43,370 bases of DNA from Gemmatimonadales bacterium (GCA_035538175.1 DATLKW010000027.1:1-43370); one strand, 5' to 3'. Positions 1 through 8,252 are shown, numbered from the stretch's first letter. Program-made: numbers and translations. Notes: a model not told the origin generated them from the sequence alone.

Positions 1-96
1 GTTCGCGACCGCCCGAGGCGGCTGGTACCCGTCGTCGAGGGCCACCAGGCGGATCTTGCGCCCGTTGACGCCCCCGCCCTCGTTCGTCAGCTTAAC
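1..96 (-). pseudogene. LivK/branched-chain amino-acid-binding-protein-family fragment; it continues past the window start and has no usable 5' end
   Basis: Minus-strand frame 96->1 reads VKLTNEGGGVNGRKIRLVALDDGYQPPRAVAN with G/C-rich third codon positions. This resembles the conserved ..INAAGGVNGRKIELV..DDG..P..AV.. segment near the N-terminus of type-I periplasmic binding proteins. The same frame is closed by TGA at 157-159 and has no ATG/GTG/TTG between 156 and 97. Confidence 0.35.
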
Positions 97-116
97 GGGT
101 CGCCCCCGAACCGCTC

Positions 117-554
117 GTGCAGAGTGACGACGGCCGCATCCGGGCCCAGGCCCGGCTCATCGTGGGCGAGGAGCGCGATCCCGCCCGCGCCGCGCGCTTG
201 CTCGCCGACTGGGTCCGCGCGCACCTCGCGCGGGCGTCGGCGCCGGGCTTCCCGGGCGCGGCGCGCGTGCTCGAGACACGCCGCGGCGATTGCAACGAGC
301 ACACGCTGCTGTACGTCGCGCTCGCGCGGGCCGTCGGGCTCCCGGCGCGGGCGGTGGCCGGCCTCCTCGAGATCGGCGGGCGGTTCTACTATCATGCGTG
401 GCCCGAGGTGTATCTCGGCGACTGGGTGGGTGTGGATCCGATGCTGGGCCAATTCCCAGCCGACGCGGCGCACCTGCGGTTCGTCGTGGGGGGGCTCGCG
501 CACCAGGCGGAACTCGTGCGCGTGCTCGGGGGCTTGCATCTCGAGGTGTTATGA
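117..554 (+). CDS. Transglutaminase-like (papain-fold) cysteine protease domain protein
   Basis: A Cys-His-Asp core is visible: RRGDCNEH, YHAWPEV, VGVDP. In-frame TAA at 93-95 closes the frame upstream. The start is uncertain (GTG 117 or GTG 162). The stop overlaps the next start (ATGA at 551-554). Confidence 0.7.
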   Translation: MQSDDGRIRAQARLIVGEERDPARAARLLADWVRAHLARASAPGFPGAARVLETRRGDCNEHTLLYVALARAVGLPARAVAGLLEIGGRFYYHAWPEVYLGDWVGVDPMLGQFPADAAHLRFVVGGLAHQAELVRVLGGLHLEVL

Positions 555-1321
555 TCCGGCTCGAGAACCTCACCAAGCATTACGGCAGCTTCGTGGCCGT
601 GGACGACGTCTCGCTCGAGGTCGCGCGGGGCGTGCTCTACGGATTCCTCGGGCCCAATGGCGCCGGGAAGACGACCACGCTCCGCATGATCGCCGGCATC
701 CTCCGGCCGACCGACGGGCGGGTGCTCTTGGGCGGCGACGACGTGCACCGCGATCCGCTGGCCGCGAAGCAGCGCCTTGGCTTCATCCCGGACCGCCCCT
801 TCGTCTACGACAAGCTCACGGGTGCTGAGTTCTTGCGCTTCGTGGCGGCCCTGTATGGCCAAGAGGGGGACACGGTCGAGCGGCGGGTCGCCGAGCTGCT
901 CGAGGTGTTCGAGCTCGCGAGCTGGAAGGACGAGCTGGTGGAGGCCTACAGCCACGGGATGCGGCAGAAGCTCATTATCTCGAGCGCCCTGATCCATCGC
1001 CCCGAATACATCGTGGTGGACGAGCCCATGGTGGGGCTCGATCCCAAGGCGGCCCGCCTCCTGAAGGACATCTTCCGGCAGTTCGTGGCCCGCGGGGGCA
1101 CGGTGTTAATGAGCACGCACACGCTCGAGGTGGCCGAGGCGATGTGCGACCGGATTGCGATCATCCAGCACGGCAAGATCGTGGCGGAAGGGACGGTCGA
1201 CGACTTGCGCCACCAGCACCGCGCCGGGGACGCGAGCCTCGAGGAGCTGTTCTTGAAGCTGACGGGCGGCGCCCAGGTGCGGGAGTTGGCGGAGGTCCTC
1301 GGCCGCGGCAGCGTGGCGTGA
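551..1321 (+). CDS. ABC transporter ATP-binding protein
   Basis: Walker A GPNGAGKTT, signature SHGMRQKL, Walker B IVVDEP and H-loop STH are present. ATG 551 overlaps the upstream stop. The ORF-track start at 290 is an Arg/Ala-rich extension. Confidence 0.92.
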   Translation: MIRLENLTKHYGSFVAVDDVSLEVARGVLYGFLGPNGAGKTTTLRMIAGILRPTDGRVLLGGDDVHRDPLAAKQRLGFIPDRPFVYDKLTGAEFLRFVAALYGQEGDTVERRVAELLEVFELASWKDELVEAYSHGMRQKLIISSALIHRPEYIVVDEPMVGLDPKAARLLKDIFRQFVARGGTVLMSTHTLEVAEAMCDRIAIIQHGKIVAEGTVDDLRHQHRAGDASLEELFLKLTGGAQVRELAEVLGRGSVA

Positions 1322-3009
1322 TCCAGCCGTCCTTGTGGCGCGTGCTCGAGCCGAAGTGGCGCACGGCGCTCCAGCGCCTGCGCGAGGAACGCTCGCGGGG
1401 CGGCTCGGGGAAGCTGGTCTTGCTGCTCGGCGTTGGCACGCTGTTCTGGCTCGCGGTCTACTGGGTGCTGTACGCGATTCTCCGCTACTTTCGCAGCGTC
1501 GAGGAGCTCGGTCCCCTGCTCGCCGGCAAGCTCCTCGGGTTGGTGCTGCTCTCGTTCATCGCGATCCTCGTCTTGTCCAACGTGATCACGGCGTTGTCGA
1601 GCTTCTTTCTAGCCAAGGACCTCGACCTGCTCGTGTCGGCCCCGGTGGACTGGCTCCGGATCTATTTGGCGAAGCTCGGCGAGACGCTGTTGCACTCCTC
1701 GTGGATGGTGGCGCTCATGGCGGTGCCGATCCTGACAGCGTACGGGGTGATCTACCGCGGTGGGCTCGTGTTTGTCCCGTATGCGACGCTTACGCTCGTG
1801 CCGCTGCTCGTGCTGCCGGCGGTGGCGGGGTCGGCGCTCACGCTCGTGCTCGTGAACATCTTTCCGGCGCGGCGCACGCGCGACCTGCTCTCGATCATCG
1901 CCCTCGGCGCGGCCGGTGGTCTCATCCTCCTCTTGCGGGTGATCCGCCCGGAGCGCCTCGCCTCCCCGGAGGGCTTCCGCAACCTGCTCGACTTCATCGC
2001 GGTGCTGCGGACGCCGACATCGCCCTTCCTGCCGAGCGAGTGGGCAACGCGGGCCATCATGACATTTCTGCGCGGCGAGGTCGATCCCTTGCCGCTCCTG
2101 CTCCTCTGGACCACGGCGGCCGCCTTCGTGACCGTGGGCGCGGTGTTGCACCGTCAACTGTTCGCGCCCGGCTTCACGAAGGCGCAGGAGGGCGCGGAGC
2201 GATTCGTGCGTGGGGCGTGGTGGCGCTGGACCGTGGGGCGGCTGCTCGGGTTCTTGCCGGTCGCCAAGCGCGAGTTCGTCATCAAGGACGTCAAGCTCTT
2301 CTTCCGCGACACGACGCAGTGGAGTCAGCTCATCCTGTTGGCGGTGCTCGTGGTCGTCTACCTGTTCAACATCAAGGCCCTTCCGCTGCACCGCGGGGAA
2401 GAGGTCGGCTTCTTCTACGTGACCCTCGTGTCGTTCCTGAATCTCGGGCTCGCGGGCTTCGTGCTCGCCGCCATCGCGGCGCGGTTCATCTTTCCGGCCG
2501 TGTCGCTCGAAGGGCGCCATATGTGGCTGCTCCGCTCGAGCCCCCTCGACCTGAAGGCGTTGTTGTGGTCCAAGTACTGGGTCGGCACGTTCCCGCTGCT
2601 CGTGCTCGCGCTGCTCCTCACCGGGCTGACCAACGTCCTCCTCCAGGTCCGACCGTTCATGATGATCGTGGGGCTCGTCACGATCGGCGGGCTCACGTTC
2701 GCGATCGCGGCCCTGGCGCTCGGTTTCGGGGCGGTGTACCCCCAGTTCGAGACCGAAAACGCCGCGCAGATCCCCACGTCCTTCGGCGGGCTCGTCTACA
2801 TGATGGCGACGATCGCGCTTCTCGGCGCGGTGTTGCGGGCGCTCTGGACGGCGGTCTACGCCTATGTCCGCGCGGTGTACGAGGGGCAGCCCGTGGTCGT
2901 GGACGCCTGGATGATTGCGTGGTTTGGCGTCGCCGCGTTGCTGTGCGCGGCCGCGACGCTGTTCCCGCTGTGGGTCGGGTTGCGGCGGATCGAGCGGTTC
3001 GAGTTCTGA
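1318..3009 (+). CDS. Large polytopic membrane protein, putative ABC exporter permease component
   Basis: About 563 aa with many hydrophobic helices. GTG 1318 overlaps the ATPase stop (GTGA). The upstream part of the ORF (1144-1317) lies in a different frame across the 3' end of the ATPase gene. Confidence 0.75.
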   Translation: MIQPSLWRVLEPKWRTALQRLREERSRGGSGKLVLLLGVGTLFWLAVYWVLYAILRYFRSVEELGPLLAGKLLGLVLLSFIAILVLSNVITALSSFFLAKDLDLLVSAPVDWLRIYLAKLGETLLHSSWMVALMAVPILTAYGVIYRGGLVFVPYATLTLVPLLVLPAVAGSALTLVLVNIFPARRTRDLLSIIALGAAGGLILLLRVIRPERLASPEGFRNLLDFIAVLRTPTSPFLPSEWATRAIMTFLRGEVDPLPLLLLWTTAAAFVTVGAVLHRQLFAPGFTKAQEGAERFVRGAWWRWTVGRLLGFLPVAKREFVIKDVKLFFRDTTQWSQLILLAVLVVVYLFNIKALPLHRGEEVGFFYVTLVSFLNLGLAGFVLAAIAARFIFPAVSLEGRHMWLLRSSPLDLKALLWSKYWVGTFPLLVLALLLTGLTNVLLQVRPFMMIVGLVTIGGLTFAIAALALGFGAVYPQFETENAAQIPTSFGGLVYMMATIALLGAVLRALWTAVYAYVRAVYEGQPVVVDAWMIAWFGVAALLCAAATLFPLWVGLRRIERFEF

Positions 3010-3071
3010 CGCCCCGCCCCCGCCTCCACCCCACCGCTGCCCGCCGCTCCGCCCAGGTCTGGAGCCGGGCG

Positions 3072-3587
3072 TCAGAGGGGAAAGTTGAGTCCCGTCTCGA
3101 TATTGAACGACGTGCTGTTAGCGATCACGAGTTTCCCGTCGAGGAACGGCCTGAAGGGGTAGGCTCGCCGCCCCTCCCAGCCCGCGAACAGGTTGGCACC
3201 GCCCTGGCCCGCGCCGGCCTCGTGCCGGTAGACGAAGCCGCCGCCGAAGTAAAAAATGCCGTAGGCGGTCGGGGGATGGAACTTGAGATCGGCGTTGAGC
3301 CGGTAGAGCGACCCGGCATAGCCGGGATAGAACTCCGCGGAAGGCGCGAGGGTCCAGCGCCGGCCGACGGGCAGGTTCAGCTGGCCGCCAACGAACACGC
3401 GGTCAACGTCGAAATCGTAGCCCACCCGCGGGCCAATGCCCGGGGGCTGCACCCAGACGGCCCGGCCGCCGCGCATGCGCCGCTGGGCCACCGCCGTGGT
3501 CCCCACGACCGCCAGGGCAGCGGCGACGCCTCCGATCCGCAGCATGAGCCTGGTCACACCGATGCTCCTCGGTTCAGGGTCGCTCAC
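3072..3587 (-). CDS. Small outer-membrane beta-barrel protein
   Basis: It has a signal-peptide-like MLRIGGVAAALAVVGTTAVAQ followed by alternating aromatic/Gly beta-strand patterns (YGIFYFGGGFVY, FAGWEG). The start is either GTG 3587 or ATG 3545. Confidence 0.6.
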   Translation of the reverse strand: MSDPEPRSIGVTRLMLRIGGVAAALAVVGTTAVAQRRMRGGRAVWVQPPGIGPRVGYDFDVDRVFVGGQLNLPVGRRWTLAPSAEFYPGYAGSLYRLNADLKFHPPTAYGIFYFGGGFVYRHEAGAGQGGANLFAGWEGRRAYPFRPFLDGKLVIANSTSFNIETGLNFPL

Positions 3588-3637
3588 TGATAGAAAAGCG
3601 CGTCGCGAAAATCAAGGTCGCCCGGTAGCTTGACGGC

Positions 3638-4600
3638 GTGCGACCGACGCGGCGCTCCGTCCCCCTCCCCGATCCTCTCCGTCGTTGCTCCGCGGTGGTG
3701 GTGGTGCTCGTCGTGGCGGGGTGTTGGGGTGGTCAGCGCCGCGCTCGGATCGGGGTAGCGCTCCCCGCCGACACCAGCACCGAGCTCACGACGCTGCGCG
3801 GCGCGATGCAACACGCCGCCGACAGCTTGGGGCTCGACCTGGAGATCCGCACGGACGGGAGCGACGCGGCGGCCGAAGCGCGGATCCTCAGCGGATTCGT
3901 CGCGGGCCGGGTGAACGCGATCGTCGTCGTGCCCGTGGCCCCGAGCGGGCTTGCCGACGCCCTGCGCGCGGCAGACCGGGCGCACATTCCCGTCTTCACC
4001 GCTGGACGCGGCGCCGTCGAGGGACCGACGGTCTCCCGCGTCGCAGCCGACGATCGGCAGGGGGGCGAGCTCCTCGGGTGGTACTTGGGGCAGCGGCTGC
4101 GCGGCGGCAACGTGGCCGTGCTCGACGGCGGTGAAGTGTCCGGGCCGAGCGACTGCCTGCGCGGCGTGCGCCTCGCGCTCGGGCCCTTCCCGAACATCCG
4201 CCTCGTCGCGAGCCCGGTGGTCGACCCGGCGACCCGGGACGCCGCGCGGCACAAGACCGCGACTCTCCTCGCGAGCGACGAGCGCATCGATGCGGTGATC
4301 GGGACGACGGGCGAGCTCGCGCTCGGCGCGCTCGCCGCCGTGCAAGACGCCGGCCGGCGGGACGTGCTGGTCGTCGCTAATGGCGGGGGACCCGAAGCCC
4401 ATGCCGCGATCCTCGGAGGAACACCCCTCGTCGCCGACGTGGTCACGGATCCCGATGTGGTCGGTCGCTATGTCGTCGAGGTCGCGGCGTCGCATCTGCG
4501 CGGCAACCACGTCATGGCGGCGGTGCCGGTGCGCGTGCGCCTCGTGGATCGGGATTCGCTCACCGCGCCGCGTGGAGCAGTCGAGCCCCGCCCCCGGTAA
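3638..4600 (+). CDS. Periplasmic sugar-binding-protein-like (RbsB/LacI-type PBP fold) lipoprotein
   Basis: A lipobox VVAGC follows the n-region. The layout IGVALP...NAIVVVP...IPVFT...VAADD..GG is typical of type-I sugar-binding proteins. No cognate permease or ATPase lies adjacent. Confidence 0.65.
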   Translation: MRPTRRSVPLPDPLRRCSAVVVVLVVAGCWGGQRRARIGVALPADTSTELTTLRGAMQHAADSLGLDLEIRTDGSDAAAEARILSGFVAGRVNAIVVVPVAPSGLADALRAADRAHIPVFTAGRGAVEGPTVSRVAADDRQGGELLGWYLGQRLRGGNVAVLDGGEVSGPSDCLRGVRLALGPFPNIRLVASPVVDPATRDAARHKTATLLASDERIDAVIGTTGELALGALAAVQDAGRRDVLVVANGGGPEAHAAILGGTPLVADVVTDPDVVGRYVVEVAASHLRGNHVMAAVPVRVRLVDRDSLTAPRGAVEPRPR

Positions 4601-4663
4601 TCGGGCAGGGTGCGGGGGCCGCCCCGTGCTGCGGGGCCCGAGGGGAGGGGGGCCAGCGGTCGG

Positions 4664-5197
4664 CTACGCGGCCACGCGCGCGCCGCACGCGTGGCAATAG
4701 CGTGCCTCGCGTTCGAGCGGGGCGCCGCAGCGCGAACAGTATCCCGGAGCGTGGCCCAGTCGGGTGCCGCACTCGGAGCAGAAGACGGCGGCCGCCTCCG
4801 GACGCGGCCCGTGCGTGGGACAGGCCGGGCGCACGGGGCGTGAGGCGGCGTGTGGGGCGGGTTGGGGCGCCGGGGTCGCGGGCTCGCTCGGGCGACGCTC
4901 GACCGGCGCGGTTGCCCCCGGGGCCCGGAGCGCCGCCAGCGCCTCCGCCGTGTACTGCCGCTCGAGCAGGTGGTAGTCCGCCTCCGACAGCTTCCCCGTG
5001 GCGCGATCGAACTCGATCTCCTTCAGGGCCCTGAGCGCGACGGCGCGCGGCGAGAAGTCATCCTCGGGATCGTCGCCTTCGTCCTCGTTCGGGAGGGTCG
5101 CCTCCGCCAGCGCGGGCCGGAGGATGGGCCGCAGGACGAAGACGATCGCGCCTGACGCGAGCAGGATTCCGAGCGCGAGCTCGAGGGTGGTGTTCAG
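4664..5197 (-). CDS. Membrane-anchored protein with CcmI-N-like segment and C-terminal double zinc ribbon
   Basis: It has an N-terminal TM helix LELALGILLASGAIVFVL, an acidic stretch, LKEIEFDRATGKLSEADYHLLERQY, a Pro-rich linker, then FCSECG..YCSRCG..YCHACG. There is no ATG/GTG/TTG near the TM helix. The only start-like codon is CTG 5197, which overlaps the ccmH stop (CTGA). Confidence 0.5.
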   Translation of the reverse strand: MNTTLELALGILLASGAIVFVLRPILRPALAEATLPNEDEGDDPEDDFSPRAVALRALKEIEFDRATGKLSEADYHLLERQYTAEALAALRAPGATAPVERRPSEPATPAPQPAPHAASRPVRPACPTHGPRPEAAAVFCSECGTRLGHAPGYCSRCGAPLEREARYCHACGARVAA

Positions 5198-5817
5198 ACC
5201 GAGAGCCGGTCGAGCTCGCGGCGCAGCCGCTCGAGCTCTTCGGGCGTGGCGCCCGGATCCGCGGCTGGTTGGGCGCGACCGGAAGCGGGGCGCACCGTCC
5301 AGCGGCGGAGGACGACGATCAGGACTCCCGCCGCAATGATGGTGGCGACGGGGGGGAGCAGGTAACCGAGGAGGTTGAACCCGCGCTTGGGCGGGGCCAT
5401 GAGGATGGCCACGCCGTGCTCGCGCACGAACTGGTCGATGATCTCGGGCCCACTCAGGCCCTGGCCCGCGAGCGCCAGCACGTGCTGATGCAAGGCGGGG
5501 CTCACCGTGCAGGTGAAATCGGTGGTGCGGCACGTATAGACGTCGAGATTGCAACCGCAGGTGCAGTGAATCTGCTTCTCCAGCGCTTGGATAGCCGCGT
5601 CGTTGTCGGCGGCGGTGACGGGTGGCAGCGGCCTCCCCGCCCGGGCGGGATCCCAGAGGCGCCCCACCGGGGGCGGACCCTCGGCGGAATCGGGTGCCTG
5701 GGCCCGAGCACGACCGGACGGACCCTGGCGGCCGAGCGCCGAGAGGGCGGTCGCGGCCCCGAGGGCGAGGCAGCCCCGCCGAGTCACGGGGGAGGCGCGC
5801 TCGGGCCCAGTCGTCAC
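5194..5817 (-). CDS. ccmH: Cytochrome c-type biogenesis protein CcmH/NrfF-like
   Basis: The region IHCTCGCNLDVYTC...SPALHQHVLALAGQGLSGPEIIDQFVREHGVAILMAPP plus a C-terminal TM helix matches the CcmH/NrfF architecture. GTG 5817 overlaps the ccmF stop (GTGA). The longer ORF start at 5943 would overlap ccmF by 130 nt. Confidence 0.7.
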   Translation of the reverse strand: MTTGPERASPVTRRGCLALGAATALSALGRQGPSGRARAQAPDSAEGPPPVGRLWDPARAGRPLPPVTAADNDAAIQALEKQIHCTCGCNLDVYTCRTTDFTCTVSPALHQHVLALAGQGLSGPEIIDQFVREHGVAILMAPPKRGFNLLGYLLPPVATIIAAGVLIVVLRRWTVRPASGRAQPAADPGATPEELERLRRELDRLSV

Positions 5818-7841
5818 GGGCGTGTGGGCTCCACCAGACGCACCGCGTACCCCGCCTGCGCGCGTCGCGCCGCGGGCGTGCCGCCCGGCCACATCACGAT
5901 CAGGCCGCCGAGGGCGACCACGAGGCCCCCGTACCAGACCCACCAGACGAGGGGATTGATGGTGAAGCGGAACACCGCCTGTTCCGTGCCGTTGACCGTG
6001 CCTCCGAGCACGCCATACAGGTCTTCACGCAGCATGCTCATGATGGCGGGCTCGGTCGACGGCTGGAACGTGGGCCGGCCGAGGGCGTCCACGTGCTGGC
6101 GCTTTTCGGGCGTGAGGAAGCCGATCCGCCGACCGTCGAGGCGGACCTCGACGGTGGCCGCCGTGACCTGACGGTTCAGGGCGTCGTACTGCGAGATCCC
6201 CAGGTGGGTGAACGAGTACGACTGCCCGTACGGGCTCTTCAGCGACACCGACTCCCCCGGGCGCAGCGTCGCTTCCGTCTCGGTCTTGAACGCCATGCCG
6301 GCGAACGCGACGAACAGGAAGACCATGCCGGCGTGGACGATGTAGCCGCCGTAGCGGCGCCGATTGCGGGCGACGAGCCGCGCAAACGCGAGCAGATACG
6401 GCTCGCCGTACTGGCGGTGGCGCGCGGAGGTCCCCCGGCCGAACTCCTGGGCGATGGTGGCGGCGACGAAGCCGCCGAGGGCGATCGCCAGGAGGGCGTA
6501 CAGGTCGCGCATACCGCCCACGAGCAGGACGAGGAGGGTAAACCCGCCCGCGGTGAGCGGGACGGCGAACTGGCGCCGGAGGTTCGGGAGCGAAGCGCGC
6601 CGCCAGGCGATCAGCGGGCCCATGCCCGTAAGGGCCAACAGCAGGAGGCCCAGTGGCACGTTCACGGTGTTGAAGAACGGGGGGCCGACGGTGATTTTGG
6701 TCCCCCGTACCCATTCGGACAGGATCGGGAACAGCGTACCCCAGAGGACTGAGAACGCAATCGCCACGAAGACGAGGTTGTTGAACAGGAAGCTCGCCTC
6801 GCGGCTGACCATCGACTCGAGGCGCGACTCCGCCAGGAGCAGCGGCAGGCGTGTGACGTAGAGTGCGTAGCTCGCCGCGGCCGTCGCGATCAAGAAGAAG
6901 AGGAAGAAATACCCGACGTTCGATTGCGTGAACGAGTGCACGCTCGAGATCACGCCGGAGCGCGTGATGAACGTGCCGAGGATCGACAGGAGCCACGACC
7001 CGAGGATCAGCGCCAAGTTCCACTTCTTGAGCATGCCGCGCTTCTCCTGAATCATGACCGAGTGGAGGAAGGCGGTCATCGTGAGCCAGGGCAGCAGGGA
7101 CGCGTTTTCCACCGGGTCCCACGCCCAGTACCCTCCCCAGCCGAGCTCGACGTAGGCCCACCACATGCCGAGACAGATGCCGATGGAGAGGAAGAGCCAG
7201 GAGAGGAGGGTCCATTTACGGATGGCGACGAGCCAGTCGCCGTCCAGCCGGTTCGACAGCAGGGCGGCGATGGCGAACGCAAACGGAATGGTGATCGAGA
7301 TGTAGCCGAGGTAGAGCATCGGCGGGTGGAACACCATCCCGGGATTCTGGAGCTGCGGATTCAACCCGCTCCCATCGAGCGGCGTGTAGGGCAGCCGGGC
7401 GAACGGATTGGCCTGGCCGAAGAGCATGACCGACACGAAGAACGCCGCGACCGTGCAGACGACACCCGCCACGTAGGGAAGGAGGTCACGGTGCCGGGGC
7501 GCCGTGAAGAGGAGGGCGAGCGAGCCGAAGAACGACAGCACGGTGGCCCAGAAGAGCAGGCTCCCCTTCTGTCCGGCGTAGAGGGCGGACCACGTATAGA
7601 AGATCGGCAGGTTGCGGCTGGTGTATGCGGCGACGTATTCGACGTTGAAGTCGTGTTGGAAGAGGGCCCACTCGAGCGCGATCACGGCGACCGCGAGCGC
7701 GCCACACATCGCGAAGACGGCGCGTCGCGCGCTCTCGGCCAGATCAGGGCGGCTCGTGCGCCCGCCCGCGAAGCCCGTGACGGCGCCCCACACGCCGAAG
7801 AGCAGGGCCAGCCAGAGCCCCAGGTTGCCGAGGACCGTCAT
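5814..7841 (-). CDS. ccmF: Cytochrome c-type biogenesis heme lyase CcmF
   Basis: A 675-aa polytopic protein with the Trp-rich heme-handling motif WGGYWAWDPVEN and a typical CcmF N-terminus. Confidence 0.93.
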   Translation of the reverse strand: MTVLGNLGLWLALLFGVWGAVTGFAGGRTSRPDLAESARRAVFAMCGALAVAVIALEWALFQHDFNVEYVAAYTSRNLPIFYTWSALYAGQKGSLLFWATVLSFFGSLALLFTAPRHRDLLPYVAGVVCTVAAFFVSVMLFGQANPFARLPYTPLDGSGLNPQLQNPGMVFHPPMLYLGYISITIPFAFAIAALLSNRLDGDWLVAIRKWTLLSWLFLSIGICLGMWWAYVELGWGGYWAWDPVENASLLPWLTMTAFLHSVMIQEKRGMLKKWNLALILGSWLLSILGTFITRSGVISSVHSFTQSNVGYFFLFFLIATAAASYALYVTRLPLLLAESRLESMVSREASFLFNNLVFVAIAFSVLWGTLFPILSEWVRGTKITVGPPFFNTVNVPLGLLLLALTGMGPLIAWRRASLPNLRRQFAVPLTAGGFTLLVLLVGGMRDLYALLAIALGGFVAATIAQEFGRGTSARHRQYGEPYLLAFARLVARNRRRYGGYIVHAGMVFLFVAFAGMAFKTETEATLRPGESVSLKSPYGQSYSFTHLGISQYDALNRQVTAATVEVRLDGRRIGFLTPEKRQHVDALGRPTFQPSTEPAIMSMLREDLYGVLGGTVNGTEQAVFRFTINPLVWWVWYGGLVVALGGLIVMWPGGTPAARRAQAGYAVRLVEPTRP

Positions 7842-8246
7842 CTACGCCTTGGGGACCGCTTCGTAGCGCGACCCGCACTTCGCGAGGACACCCGTCGCGT
7901 GGATCACGCCATCCGTCTGCAACCGCCCTTCCACCACGACCTCGACGCTGTCATTGAAGGTGTCGGGGGGGAGGCCGTGGTAGACCACGGGATAGCGGGC
8001 GCTGCCGTCGGTGACCTGGAAGCGGAGGGTTTGGCTGGCCACGTCGCGCGACACCGTGCCCCGGACGACATGCGCCCCGACCTTCATGCCCACGTTATAG
8101 AAGGAAGGGTCGCCCGCGATCTTCTGCGACAGCTCGCTCGGCGTGAGGAAGTACTGCCCCGTCTGCTTCACGCCCGAGGCCATGAGGTAGCCGACGGATC
8201 CGACGATCAACGTTGCGCCAATGGCGAACTTAGCTCCGGCGTTCAT
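7842..8246 (-). CDS. ccmE: Cytochrome c maturation heme chaperone CcmE, CxxxY variant
   Basis: It has an N-terminal anchor, an OB-fold body (RFQVTDG...VVYHG..PD.F......VVEG) and a C-terminal VLAKCGSRYEA where canonical CcmE has LAKHDENY. Its stop TAG directly abuts the ccmF ATG. Confidence 0.88.
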   Translation of the reverse strand: MNAGAKFAIGATLIVGSVGYLMASGVKQTGQYFLTPSELSQKIAGDPSFYNVGMKVGAHVVRGTVSRDVASQTLRFQVTDGSARYPVVYHGLPPDTFNDSVEVVVEGRLQTDGVIHATGVLAKCGSRYEAVPKA

Positions 8247-8252
8247 GTCGTA

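Noticed and set aside
551-3009. The ABC ATPase plus membrane protein as the missing CcmAB heme exporter of the nearby ccm genes.
   Set aside because: The membrane protein is ~563 aa with many helices, unlike CcmB at about 220 aa and six helices. The pair is on the opposite strand, more than 2 kb away, and coupled instead to a transglutaminase-like gene.
1335-3590. Very long alternative-frame and antisense ORFs. Examples: 1335-3590 (+, 751 aa), 5622-6752 (+), 6025-7215 (-), 6924-8354 (+), 13008-14402 (-), 17496-19628 (-), 24483-26663 (-).
   Set aside because: Their translations are Arg/Ala/Pro/Gly-rich low-complexity strings typical of stop-poor off-frames in ~70% GC DNA. Each fully overlaps a gene whose product carries clear family motifs, and none shows a recognisable motif of its own.
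4621-4637. The hairpin GCCCCG-TGCTG-CGGGGC between the convergent sugar-binding and zinc-ribbon genes.
   Set aside because: It is only a 6-bp stem with no flanking T/A tract on either strand. In DNA this GC-rich, such stems arise by chance, so it is not listed as a feature.
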